Origin: Eledone cirrhosa | Lineage: Eukaryota | Assembly (NCBI GenBank): GCA_964016885.1 | Contig: OZ024741.1 | Coordinates: 27,094,001 to 27,158,000, forward strand | Reading direction: 5' to 3' | Length of the DNA: 64,000 bases | In this document: positions 1-15,000 of the stretch, one piece after another | Position numbering within the stretch: the first letter of the stretch is position 1 | Layout: each line of letters begins with the position of its first letter | Translations under genes and position numbers: made by a program | Notes under the pieces: generated by a model | The model's database searches: none | What the model was told of the DNA's origin: nothing | The model's input: only the letters and a program-made list of their open reading frames with translations

Positions 1-3000
1 GCCACTCAGACCGCCTAGACCAACCATCCAACCACCTGTCCAGCCATCCAACCATTCATCCAGACTACACCCCCACCCCTGGCCACTCAGACCACCTAGA
101 CCAACCATCCAACCACCTGTCCAGCCATCCAACCATTCATCCAGACTGCACCTCCCACCCCTGGCCACTCAGACCGCCTAGACCAACCATCCAACCACCT
201 GTCCAGCCATCCAACAATTCATCCAGACTACACCCCCACCCCTGGCCACTTAGACCATCTAGACCAACCATCCAACCACCTGTCCAACCATCCAACCATT
301 CATCCAGACTACACCCCCACCCCTGGCCACTCAGACCACCTAGACCAACCATCCAACCACCTGTCCAGCCATCCAACAATTCATCCAGACTACACCCCCA
401 CCCTTGGCCACTCAGACCATCTAGACCAACCATCCAACCACCTGTCCAACCATCCAACCATTCATCCAGACTACACCCCCACCCCTGGCCACTCAGACCA
501 CCTAGACCAACCATCCAACCACCTGTCCAGCCATCCAACCATTCATCCAGACTACACCCCCACCCCTGGCCACTTAGACCACCTAGACCAAGCATCCAAC
601 CACCTGTCCAGCCATCCAACCATTCATCCAGACTACACCCCCACCCCTGGCCACTTAGACCATCTAGACCAACCATCCAACCACCTGTCCAGCCATCCAA
701 CCATTCATCCAGACTACACCCCCACCCCTGGCCACTTAGACCATCTAGACCAACCATCCAACTACCTGTCCAGCCATCCAACAATTCATCCAGACTACAC
801 CCCCACCCCTGGCCACTTAGACCATCTAGACCAACCATCCAACCACCTGTCCAACCATCCAACCATTCATCCAGACTACACCCCCACCCCTGGCCACTCA
901 GACCACCTAGACCAACCATACAACCACCTGTCCAGCCATCCAACAATTCATCCAGACTACACCCCCACCCTTGGCCACTCAGACCATCTAGACCAACCAT
1001 CCAACCACCTGTCCAACCATCCAACCATTCATCCAGACTACACCCCCACCCCTGGCCACTCAGACCACCTAGACCAACCATCCAACCACCTGTCCAGCCA
1101 TCCAACCATTCATCCAGACTACACCCCCACCCCTGGCCACTTAGACCACCTAGACCAAGCATCCAACCACCTGTCCAGCCATCCAACCATTCATCCAGAC
1201 TACACCCCCACCCCTGGCCACTTAGACCATCTAGACCAACCATCCAACTACCTGTCCAGCCATCCAACAATTCATCCAGACTACACCCCCACCCCTGGCC
1301 ACTTAGACCATCTAGACCAACCATCCAACCACCTGTCCAGCCATCCAACCATTCATCCAGACTGCACCTCCCACCCCTGGCCACTCAGACCGCCTAGACC
1401 AACCATCCAACCACCTGTCCAGCCATCCAACAATTCATCCAGACTACACCCCCACCCCTGGCCACTTAGACCATCTAGACCAACCATCCAACCACCTGTC
1501 CAACCATCCAACCATTCATCCAGACTACACCCCCACCCCTGGCCACTCAGACCACCTAGACCAACCATCCAACCACCTGTCCAGCCATCCAACAATTCAT
1601 CCAGACTACACCCCCACCCCTGGCCACTTAGACCATCTAGACCAACCATCCAACCACCTGTCCAACCATCCAACCATTCATCCAGACTACACCCCCACCC
1701 CTGGCCACTCAGACCACCTAGACCAACCATCCAACCACCTGTCCAGCCATCCAACAATTCATCCAGACTACACCCCCACCCCTGGCCACTTAGACCATCT
1801 AGACCAACCATCCAACCACCTGTCCAGCCATCCAACCATTCATCCAGACTACACCCCCACCCCTGGCCACTCAGACCGCCTAGACCAACCATCCAACCAC
1901 CTGTCCAGCCATCCAACCATTCATCCAGACTACACCCCCACCCCTGGCCACTCAGACCGCCTAGACCAACCATCCAACAACCTGTCCAGCCATCCAACCA
2001 TTCATCCAGACTACACCCCCACCCCTGGCCACTTAGACCATCTAGACCAACCATCCAACCACCTGTCCAGCCATCCAACCATTCATCCAGATTACACCCC
2101 CCACCCTTGGCCACTCAGACCACCTAGACCAACCATCCAACCACCTGTCCAGCTATCCAACCATTCATCTAGACTACACCCCCACCCCTGGCCACTCAGA
2201 CCATCTAGACCAACCATCCAGCCACCTGTCCAGCCATCCAACCATTCATCCAGACTACACCCCCACCCCTGGCCACTCAGACCATCTAGACCAACCATCC
2301 AACCACCTGTCCAGCCATCCAACCATTCATCCAGACTGCACCTCCCACCCCTGGCCACTTAGACCACCTAGACCAACCATCCAACCACCTGTCCAGCCAT
2401 CCAACCATTCATCCAGACTACACCCCCCACCCCTGGCCACTTAGACCATCTAGACCAACCATCCAACCACCTGTGCAGCCATCCAACCATTCATCCAGAC
2501 TGCACCTCCCACCCCTGGCCACTTAGACCACCTAGACCAACCATCCAACCACCTGTCCAGCCATCCAACCATTCATCCAGACTACACCCCCCACCCCTGG
2601 CCACTTAGACCATCTAGACCAACCATCCAACCACCTGTCCAGCCATCCAACCATTCATCCAGACTACACCCCCACCCCTGGCCACTCAGACCATCTAGAC
2701 CAACCATCCAACCACCTGTCCAGCCATCCAACCATTCATCCAGACTACACCTCCCACCCCTGGCCACTTAGACCACCTAGACCAACCATCCAACCACCTG
2801 TCCAGCCATCCAACCATTCATCCAGACTACACCCCACCCCTGGCCACTCAGACCACTTAGACCAACCATCCAACCACCTGTCCAGCCATCCAACCATTCA
2901 TCCAGACTACACCCCCCACCCCTGGCTACTCAGACCATCTAGAACAACCATCCAACCACCTGTCCAGCCATCCAACCATTCATCCAGACTACACCCCCCA

Positions 3001-6000
3001 CCCCTGGCCACTCAGACCACCTAGACCAACCATCCAACTACCCGTCCAGCCATCCAACCATTCATCCAGATTACACCCCCCACCCTTGGCTACTCAGACC
3101 ATCTAGAACAACCATCCAACCACCTGTCCAGCCATCCAACCATTCATCCAGACTACACCCCACCCCTGGCCACTCAGACCACTTAGACCAACCATCCAAC
3201 CACCTGTCCAGCCATATAACCATTCATCCAGACTACACCCCCCACCCCTGGCCACTCAGACCACCTAGACCAACCATCCAACCACCTGTCCAGCCATCCA
3301 ACCATTCATCCAGACTACACCCCCCACCCCTGGCCACTCAGACCGCCTAGACCAACCATCCAACAACCTGTCCAGCCATCCAACCATTCATCCAGACTAC
3401 ACCCCCCACCCCTGGCCACTCAGACCACCTAGACCAACCATCCAACTACCCGTCCAGCCATCCAACCATTCATCCAGATTACACCCCCCACCCTTGGCTA
3501 CTCAGACCATCTAGAACAACCATCCAACCACCTGTCCAGCCATCCAACCATTCATCCAGACTACACCCCACCCCTGGCCACTCAGACCACTTAGACCAAC
3601 CATCCAACCACCTGTCCAGCCATATAACCATTCATCCAGACTACACCCCCCACCCCTGGCCACTTAGACCATCTAGACCAACCATCCAACTACCCGTCCA
3701 GCCATCCAACCATTCATCCAGATTACACCCCCCACCCTTGGCTACTCAGACCATCTAGAACAACCATCCAACCACCTGTCCAGCCATCCAACCATTCATC
3801 CAGACTACACCCCACCCCTGGCCACTCAGACCACTTAGACCAACCATCCAACCACCTGTCCAGCCATATAACCATTCATCCAGACTACACCCCCCACCCC
3901 TGGCCACTCAGACCACCTAGACCAACCATCCAACCACCTGTCCAGCCATCCAACCATTCATCCAGACTACACCCCCCACCCCTGGCCACTCAGACCGCCT
4001 AGACCAACCATCCAACAACCTGTCCAGCCATCCAACCATTCATCCAGACTACACCCCCCACCCCTGGCCACTCAGACCGCCTAGACCAACCATCCAACAA
4101 CCTGTCCAGCCATCCAACCATTCATCCAGACTACACCCCCCACCCCTGGCCACTCAGACCGCCTAGACCAACCATCCAACCACCTGTCCAGCCATCCAAC
4201 CATTCATCCAGACTACACCCCCCACCCCTGGCCACTCAGACCGCCTAGACCAACCATCCAACAACCTGTCCAGCCATCCAACCATTCATCCAGACTACAC
4301 CCCCACCCCTGGCCACTCAGACCGCCTAGACCAACCATCCAACCACCTGTGCAGCCATCCAACCATTCATCCAGACTACACCCCCACCCCTGGCCACTCA
4401 GACCGCCTAGACCAACCATCCAACAACCTGTCCAGCCATCCAACCATTCATCCAGACTACACCCCCACCCCTGGCCACTTAGACCATCTAGACCAACCAT
4501 CCAACCACCTGTCCAGCCATCCAACCATTCATCCAGATTACACCCCCCACCCTTGGCCACTCAGACCACCTAGACCAACCATCCAACCACCTGTCCAGCT
4601 ATCCAACCATTCATCTAGACTACACCCCCACCCCTGGCCACTCAGACCATCTAGACCAACCATCCAGCCACCTGTCCAGCCATCCAACCATTCATCCAGA
4701 CTACACCCCCACCCCTGGCCACTCAGACCATCTAGACCAACCATCCAACCACCTGTCCAGCCATCCAACCATTCATCCAGACTGCACCTCCCACCCCTGG
4801 CCACTTAGACCACCTAGACCAACCATCCAACCACCTGTCCAGCCATCCAACCATTCATCCAGACTACACCCCCCACCCCTGGCCACTTAGACCATCTAGA
4901 CCAACCATCCAACCACCTGTGCAGCCATCCAACCATTCATCCAGACTGCACCTCCCACCCCTGGCCACTTAGACCACCTAGACCAACCATCCAACCACCT
5001 GTCCAGCCATCCAACCATTCATCCAGACTACACCCCCCACCCCTGGCCACTTAGACCATCTAGACCAACCATCCAACCACCTGTCCAGCCATCCAACCAT
5101 TCATCCAGACTACACCCCCACCCCTGGCCACTCAGACCATCTAGACCAACCATCCAACCACCTGTCCAGCCATCCAACCATTCATCCAGACTACACCTCC
5201 CACCCCTGGCCACTTAGACCACCTAGACCAACCATCCAACCACCTGTCCAGCCATCCAACCATTCATCCAGACTACACCCCACCCCTGGCCACTCAGACC
5301 ACTTAGACCAACCATCCAACCACCTGTCCAGCCATCCAACCATTCATCCAGACTACACCCCCCACCCCTGGCTACTCAGACCATCTAGAACAACCATCCA
5401 ACCACCTGTCCAGCCATCCAACCATTCATCCAGACTACACCCCCCACCCCTGGCCACTCAGACCATCTAGACCAACCATCCAACCACCTGTCCAGCCATC
5501 CAACCATTCATCCAGACTACACCCCCCACCCCTGGCCACTCAGACCACCTAGACCAACCATCCAACCACCCGTCCAGCCATCCAACCATTCATCCAGACT
5601 ACACCCCCCACCCCTGGCTACTCAGACCACCTAGACCAACCATCCAACCACCTGTCCAGCCATCCAACCATTCATCCAGACTACACCCCCACCCCTGGCC
5701 ACTTAGACCACCTAGACCAACCATCCAACCACCTGTCCAGCCATCCAACCATTCATCCAGACTACACCCCCCACCCCTGGCTACTCAGACCACCTAGACC
5801 AACCATCCAACCACCTGTCCAGCCATCCAACCATTCATCCAGACTACACCCCCCACCCCTGGCTACTCAGACCACCTAGACCAACCATCCAACCACCTGT
5901 CCAGCCATCCAACCATTCATCCAGACTACACCCCCCACCCCTGGCCACTCAGACCACCTAGACCAACCATCCAACCACCCGTCCAGCCATCCAACCATTC

Positions 6001-9000
6001 ATCCAGACTACACCCCCCACCCCTGGCTACTCAGACCACCTAGACCAACCATCCAACCACCTGTCCAGCCATCCAACCATTCATCCAGACTACACCCCCA
6101 CCCCTGGCCACTTAGACCACCTAGACCAACCATCCAACCACCTGTCCAGCCATCCAACCATTCATCCAGACTACACCCCCCACCCCTGGCTACTCAGACC
6201 ACCTAGACCAACCATCCAACCACCTGTCCAGCCATCCAACCATTCATCCAGACTACACCCCCACCCCTGGCCACTTAGACCACCTAGACCAACCATCCAA
6301 CCACCTGTCCAGCCATCCAACCATTCATCCAGACTACACCCCCCACCCCTGGCTACTCAGACCACCTAGACCAACCATCCAACCACCTGTCCAGCCATCC
6401 AACCATTCATCCAGACTACACCCCCCACCCCTGGCCACTCAGACCACCTAGACCAACCATCCAACCACCCGTCCAGCCATCCAACCATTCATCCAGACTA
6501 CACCCCCCACCCCTGGCTACTCAGACCATCTAGAACAACCATCCAACCACCTGTCCAGCCATCCAACCATTCATCCAGACTACACCCCCCACCCCTGGCC
6601 ACTCAGACCATCTAGACCAACCATCCAACCACCTGTCCAGCCATCCAACCATTCATCCAGACTACACCCCCCACCCCTGGCCACTCAGACCACCTAGACC
6701 AACCATCCAACCACCCGTCCAGCCATCCAACCATTCATCCAGACTACACCCCCCACCCCTGGCTACTCAGACCACCTAGACCAACCATCCAACCACCTGT
6801 CCAGCCATCCAACCATTCATCCAGACTACACCCCCACCCCTGGCCACTTAGACCACCTAGACCAACCATCCAACCACCTGTCCAGCCATCCAACCATTCA
6901 TCCAGACTACACCCCCCACCCCTGGCTACTCAGACCACCTAGACCAACCATCCAACCACCTGTCCAGCCATCCAACCATTCATCCAGACTACACCCCCCA
7001 CCCCTGGCTACTCAGACCACCTAGACCAACCATCCAACCACCTGTCCAGCCATCCAACCATTCATCCAGACTACACCCCCCACCCCTGGCCACTCAGACC
7101 ACCTAGACCAACCATCCAACCACCCGTCCAGCCATCCAACCATTCATCCAGACTACACCCCCCACCCCTGGCTACTCAGACCACCTAGACCAACCATCCA
7201 ACCACCTGTCCAGCCATCCAACCATTCATCCAGACTACACCCCCACCCCTGGCCACTTAGACCACCTAGACCAACCATCCAACCACCTGTCCAGCCATCC
7301 AACCATTCATCCAGACTACACCCCCCACCCCTGGCTACTCAGACCACCTAGACCAACCATCCAACCACCTGTCCAGCCATCCAACCATTCATCCAGACTA
7401 CACCCCCACCCCTGGCCACTTAGACCACCTAGACCAACCATCCAACCACCTGTCCAGCCATCCAACCATTCATCCAGACTACACCCCCCACCCCTGGCTA
7501 CTCAGACCACCTAGACCAACCATCCAACCACCTGTCCAGCCATCCAACCATTCATCCAGACTACACCCCCCACCCCTGGCCACTCAGACCACCTAGACCA
7601 ACCATCCAACCACCCGTCCAGCCATCCAACCATTCATCCAGACTACACCCCCCACCCCTGGCTACTCAGACCACCTAGACCAACCATCCAACCACCTGTC
7701 CAGCCATCCAACCATTCATCCAGACTACACCCCCACCCCTGGCCACTTAGACCACCTAGACCAACCATCCAACCACCTGTCCAGCCATCCAACCATTCAT
7801 CCAGACTACACCCCCCACCCCTGGCTACTCAGACCACCTAGACCAACCATCCAACCACCTGTCCAGCCATCCAACCATTCATCCAGACTACACCCCCACC
7901 CCTGGCCACTTAGACCACCTAGACCAACCATCCAACCACCTGTCCAGCCATCCAACCATTCATCCAGACTACACCCCCCACCCCTGGCTACTCAGACCAC
8001 CTAGACCAACCATCCAACCACCTGTCCAGCCATCCAACCATTCATCCAGACTACACCCCCCACCCCTGGCCACTCAGACCACCTAGACCAACCATCCAAC
8101 CACCCGTCCAGCCATCCAACCATTCATCCAGACTACACCCCCCACCCCTGGCTACTCAGACCACCTAGACCAACCATCCAACCACCTGTCCAGCCATCCA
8201 ACCATTCATCCAGACTACACCCCCACCCCTGGCCACTTAGACCACCTAGACCAACCATCCAACCACCTGTCCAGCCATCCAACCATTCATCCAGACTACA
8301 CCCCCCACCCCTGGCTACTCAGACCACCTAGACCAACCATCCAACCACCTGTCCAGCCATCCAACCATTCATCCAGACTACACCCCCACCCCTGGCCACT
8401 CAGACCACCTAGACCAACCATCCAACCACCTGTCCAGCCATCCAACCATTCATCCAGACTACACCCCCCACCCCTGGCTACTCAGACCACCTAGACCAAC
8501 CATCCAACCACCTGTCCAGCCATCCAACCATTCATCCAGACTACACCCCCCACCCTTGGCTACTCAGACCATCTAGAACAACCATCCAACCACCTGTCCA
8601 GCCATCCAACCATTCATCCAGACTACACCCCCCACCCCTGGCTACTCAGACCACCTAGACCAACCATCCAACCACCTGTCCAGCCATCCAACCATTCATC
8701 CAGACTACACCCCCACCCCTGGCCACTCAGACCACCTAGACCAACCATCCAACCACCTGTCCAGCCATCCAACCATTCATCCAGATTACACCTCCCACCC
8801 CTGGCCACTCAGACCACCTAGACCAACCATCCAACCACCTGTCCAGCCATCCAACCATTCATCCAGACTACACCTCCCACCCCTGGCCACTCAGACCACC
8901 TAGACCAACCATCCAACCACCTGTCCAGCCATCCAACCATTCATCCAGACTACACCCCCACCCCTGGCCACTTAGACCACCTAGACCAACCATCCAACCA

Positions 9001-12000
9001 CCTGTCCAGCCATCCAACCATTCATCCAGACTACACCCCCCACCCTTGGCTACTCAGACCATCTAGAACAACCATCCAACCACCTGTCCAGCCATCCAAC
9101 CATTCATCCAGACTACACCCCCCACCCCTGGCTACTCAGACCACCTAGACCAACCATCCAACCACCTGTCCAGCCATCCAACCATTCATCCAGACTACAC
9201 CCCCACCCCTGGCCACTCAGACCACCTAGACCAACCATCCAACCACCTGTCCAGCCATCCAACCATTCATCCAGATTACACCTCCCACCCCTGGCCACTC
9301 AGACCACCTAGACCAACCATCCAACCACCTGTCCAGCCATCCAACCATTCATCCAGACTACACCTCCCACCCCTGGCCACTCAGACCACCTAGACCAACC
9401 ATCCAACCACCTGTCCAGCCATCCAACCATTCATCCAGACTACACCCCCACCCCTGGCCACTTAGACCACCTAGACCAACCATCCAACCACCTGTCCAGC
9501 CATCCAACCATTCATCCAGACTACACCCCCACCCCTGGCCACTCAGACCACCTAGACCAACCATCCAACCACCTGTCCAGCCATCCAACCATTCATCCAG
9601 ATTACACCTCCCACCCCTGGCCACTTAGACCACCTAGACCAACCATCCAACCACCTGTCCAGCCATCCAACCATTCATCCAGACTACACCCCCACCCCTG
9701 GCCACTTAGACCACCTAGACCAACCATCCAACCACCTGTCCAGCCATCCAACCATTCATCCAGACTACACCCCCACCCCTGGCCACTCAGACCACCTAGA
9801 CCAACCATCCAACCACCTGTCCAGCCATCCAACCATTCATCCAGACTACACCTCCCACCCCTGGCCACTCAGACCACCTAGACCAACCATCCAACCACCT
9901 GTCCAGCCATCCAACCATTCATCCAGATTACACCTCCCACCCCTGGCCACTCAGACCACCTAGACCAACCATCCAACCACCTGTCCAGCCATCCAACCAT
10001 TCATCCAGACTACACCCCCACCCCTGGCCACTCAGACCACCTAGACCAACCATCCAACCACCTGTCCAGCCATCCAACCATTCATCCAGATTACACCTCC
10101 CACCCCTGGCCACTTAGACCACCTAGACCAACCATCCAACCACCTGTCCAGCCATCCAACCATTCATCCAGACTACACCCCCACCCCTGGCCACTTAGAC
10201 CACCTAGACCAACCATCCAACCACCTGTCCAGCCATCCAACCATTCATCCAGACTACACCCCCACCCCTGGCCACTCAGACCACCTAGACCAACCATCCA
10301 ACCACCTGTCCAGCCATCCAACCATTCATCCAGACTACACCTCCCACCCCTGGCCACTCAGACCACCTAGACCAACCATCCAACCACCTGTCCAGCCATC
10401 CAACCATTCATCCAGATTACACCTCCCACCCCTGGCCACTCAGACCACCTAGACCAACCATCCAACCACCTGTCCAGCCATCCAACCATTCATCCAGACT
10501 ACACCCCCACCCCTGGCCACTCAGACCACCTAGACCAACCATCCAACCACCTGTCCAGCCATCCAACCATTCATCCAGATTACACCTCCCACCCCTGGCC
10601 ACTTAGACCACCTAGACCAACCATCCAACCACCTGTCCAGCCATCCAACCATTCATCCAGACTACACCCCCACCCCTGGCCACTTAGACCACCTAGACCA
10701 ACCATCCAACCACCTGTCCAGCCATCCAACCATTCATCCAGACTACACCCCCACCCCTGGCCACTCAGACCACCTAGACCAACCATCCAACCACCTGTCC
10801 AGCCATCCAACCATTCATCCAGACTACACCTCCCACCCCTGGCCACTCAGACCACCTAGACCAACCATCCAACCACCTGTCCAGCCATCCAACCATTCAT
10901 CCAGATTACACCTCCCACCCCTGGCCACTCAGACCACCTAGACCAACCATCCAACCACCTGTCCAGCCATCCAACCATTCATCCAGACTACACCTCCCAC
11001 CCCTGGCCACTCAGACCACCTAGACCAACCATCCAACCACCTGTCCAGCCATCCAACCATTCATCCAGATTACACCTCCCACCCCTGGCCACTCAGACCA
11101 CCTAGACCAACCATCCAACCACCTGTCCAGCCATCCAACCATTCATCCAGACTACACCCCCACCCCTGGCCACTCAGACCACCTAGACCAACCATCCAAC
11201 CACCTGTCCAGCCATCCAACCATTCATCCAGACTACACCTCCCACCCCTGGCCACTCAGACCACCTAGACCAACCATCCAACCACCTGTCCAGCCATCCA
11301 ACCATTCATCCAGATTACACCTCCCACCCCTGGCCACTCAGACCACCTAGACCAACCATCCAACCACCTGTCCAGCCATCCAACCATTCATCCAGACTAC
11401 ACCCCCACCCCTGGCCACTCAGACCACCTAGACCAACCATCCAACCACCTGTCCAGCCATCCAACCATTCATCCAGACTACACCTCCCACCCCTGGCCAC
11501 TTAGACCACCTAGACCAACCATCCAACCACCTGTCCAGCCATCCAATCATTCATCCAGACTACACCCCCCACCCCTGGCCACTCAGACCACCTAGACCAA
11601 CCATCCAACCACCTGTCCAGCCATCCAACCATTCATCCAGACTACACCTCCCACCCCTGGCCACTTAGACCACCTAGACCAACCATCCAACCACCTGTCC
11701 AGCCATCCAACCATTCATCCAGACTACACCCCCCACCCCTGGCCACTCAGACCACCTAGACCAACCATCCAACCACCTGTCCAGCCATCCAACCATTCAT
11801 CCAGACTACACCCCTACCCCTGGCCACTCAGACCACCTAGACCAACCATCCAACCACCTGTCCAGCCATCCAACCATTCATCCAGACTACACCCCCCACC
11901 CCTGGCTACTCAGACCACCTAGACCAACCATCCAACCACCTGTCCAGCCATCCAACCATTCATCCAGATTACACCTCCCACCCCTGGCCACTCAGACCAC

Positions 12001-15000
12001 CTAGACCAACCATCCAACCACCTGTCCAGCCATCCAACCATTCATCCAGACTACACCTCCCACCCCTGGCCACTCAGACCACCTAGACCAACCATCCAAC
12101 CACCTGTCCAGCCATCCAACCATTCATCCAGACTACACCCCCACCCCTGGCCACTTAGACCACCTAGACCAACCATCCAACCACCTGTCCAGCCATCCAA
12201 CCATTCATCCAGACTACACCCCCACCCCTGGCCACTTAGACCACCTAGACCAACCATCCAACCACCTGTGCAGCCATCCAACCATTCATCCAGACTACAC
12301 CCCCCACCACTGGCCACTTAGACCACCTAGACCAACCATCCAACCACCTGTCCAGCCATCCAACCATTCATCCAGACTACACCCCCACCCCTGGCCACTT
12401 AGACCACCTAGACCAACCATCCAACCACCTGTGCAGCCATCCAACCATTCATCCAGACTACACCCCCCACCACTGGCCACTTAGACCACCTAGACCAACC
12501 ATCCAACCACCTGTCCAGCCATCCAACCATTCATCCAGACTACACCCCCCACCCTTGGCTACTTAGACCATCTAGACCAACCATCCAACCACCTGTCCAG
12601 CCATCCAACCATTCATCCAGACTACACCCCCACCCCTGGCCACTCAGACCACCTAGACCAACCATCCAACCACGTGTCCAGCCATCCAACCATTCATCCA
12701 GACTACACCCCCACCCCTGGCCACTCAGACCACCTAGACCAACCATCCAACCACGTGTCCAGCCATCCAACCATTCATCCAGACTACACCCCCACCCCTG
12801 GCCACTTAGACCACCTAGACCAACCATCCAACCACCTGTGCAGCCATCCAACCATTCATCCAGACTACACCCCCCACCACTGGCCACTTAGACCACCTAG
12901 ACCAACCATCCAACCACGTGTCCAGCCATCCAACCATTCATCCAGACTACACCCCCACCCCTGGCCACTCAGACCACCTAGACCAACCATCCAACCACCT
13001 GTGCAGCCATCCAACCATTCATCCAGACTACACCCCCCACCACTGGCCACTTAGACCACCTAGACCAACCATCCAACCACGTGTCCAGCCATCCAACCAT
13101 TCATCCAGACTACACCCCCACCCCTGGCCACTCAGACCACCTAGACCAACCATCCAACCACCTGTGCAGCCATCCAACCATTCATCCAGACTACACCCCC
13201 ACCCCTGGCCACTCAGACCACCTAGACCAACCATCCAACCACCTGTGCAGCCATCCAACCATTCATCCAGACTACACCCCCACCCCTGGCCACTCAGACC
13301 ACCTAGACCAACCATCCAACCACGTGTCCAGCCATCCAACCATTCATCCAGACTACACCCCCACCCCTGGCCACTTAGACCACCTAGACCAACCATCCAA
13401 CCACCTGTGCAGCCATCCAACCATTCATCCAGACTACACCCCCCACCACTGGCCACTTAGACCACCTAGACCAACCATCCAACCACGTGTCCAGCCATCC
13501 AACCATTCATCCAGACTACACCCCCACCCCTGGCCACTCAGACCACCTAGACCAACCATCCAACCACCTGTCCAGCCATCCAACCATTCATCCAGACTAC
13601 ACCCCCACCCCTGGCCACTTAGACCACCTAGACCAACCATCCAACCACCTGTGCAGCCATCCAACCATTCATCCAGACTACACCCCCCACCACTGGCCAC
13701 TTAGACCACCTAGACCAACCATCCAACCACGTGTCCAGCCATCCAACCATTCATCCAGACTACACCCCCACCCCTGGCCACTCAGACCACCTAGACCAAC
13801 CATCCAACCACGTGTCCAGCCATCCAACCATTCATCCAGACTACACCCCCACCCCTGGCCACTTAGACCACCTAGACCAACCATCCAACCACCTGTGCAG
13901 CCATCCAACCATTCATCCAGACTACACCCCCCACCACTGGCCACTTAGACCACCTAGACCAACCATCCAACCACGTGTCCAGCCATCCAACCATTCATCC
14001 AGACTACACCCCCACCCCTGGCCACTCAGACCACCTAGACCAACCATCCAACCACGTGTCCAGCCATCCAACCATTCATCCAGACTACACCCCCACCCCT
14101 GGCCACTTAGACCACCTAGACCAACCATCCAACCACCTGTGCAGCCATCCAACCATTCATCCAGACTACACCCCCCACCACTGGCCACTTAGACCACCTA
14201 GACCAACCATCCAACCACGTGTCCAGCCATCCAACCATTCATCCAGACTACACCCCCACCCCTGGCCACTCAGACCACCTAGACCAACCATCCAACCACG
14301 TGTCCAGCCATCCAACCATTCATCCAGACTACACCCCCACCCCTGGCCACTTAGACCACCTAGACCAACCATCCAACCACCTGTGCAGCCATCCAACCAT
14401 TCATCCAGACTACACCCCCCACCACTGGCCACTTAGACCACCTAGACCAACCATCCAACCACGTGTCCAGCCATCCAACCATTCATCCAGACTACACCCC
14501 CACCCCTGGCCACTCAGACCACCTAGACCAACCATCCAACCACCTGTGCAGCCATCCAACCATTCATCCAGACTACACCTCCCACCCCTGGCCACTCAGA
14601 CCACCTAGACCAACCATCCAACCACCTGTCCAGCCATCCAACCATTCATCCAGACTACACCCCCACCCCTGGCCACTTAGACCACCTAGACCAACCATCC
14701 AACCACCTGTGCAGCCATCCAACCATTCATCCAGACTACACCTCCCACCCCTGGCCACTCAGACCACCTAGACCAACCATCCAACCACCTGTCCAGCCAT
14801 CCAACCATTCATCCAGACTACACCCCTACCCCTGGCCACTTAGACCACCTAGACCAACCATCCAACCACCTGTCCAGCCATCCAATCATTCATCCAGACT
14901 ACACCCCCACCCCTGGCCACTTAGACCACCTAGACCAACCATCCAACCACCTGTCCAGCCATCCAACCATTCATCCAGACTACACCCCCACCCCTGGCCA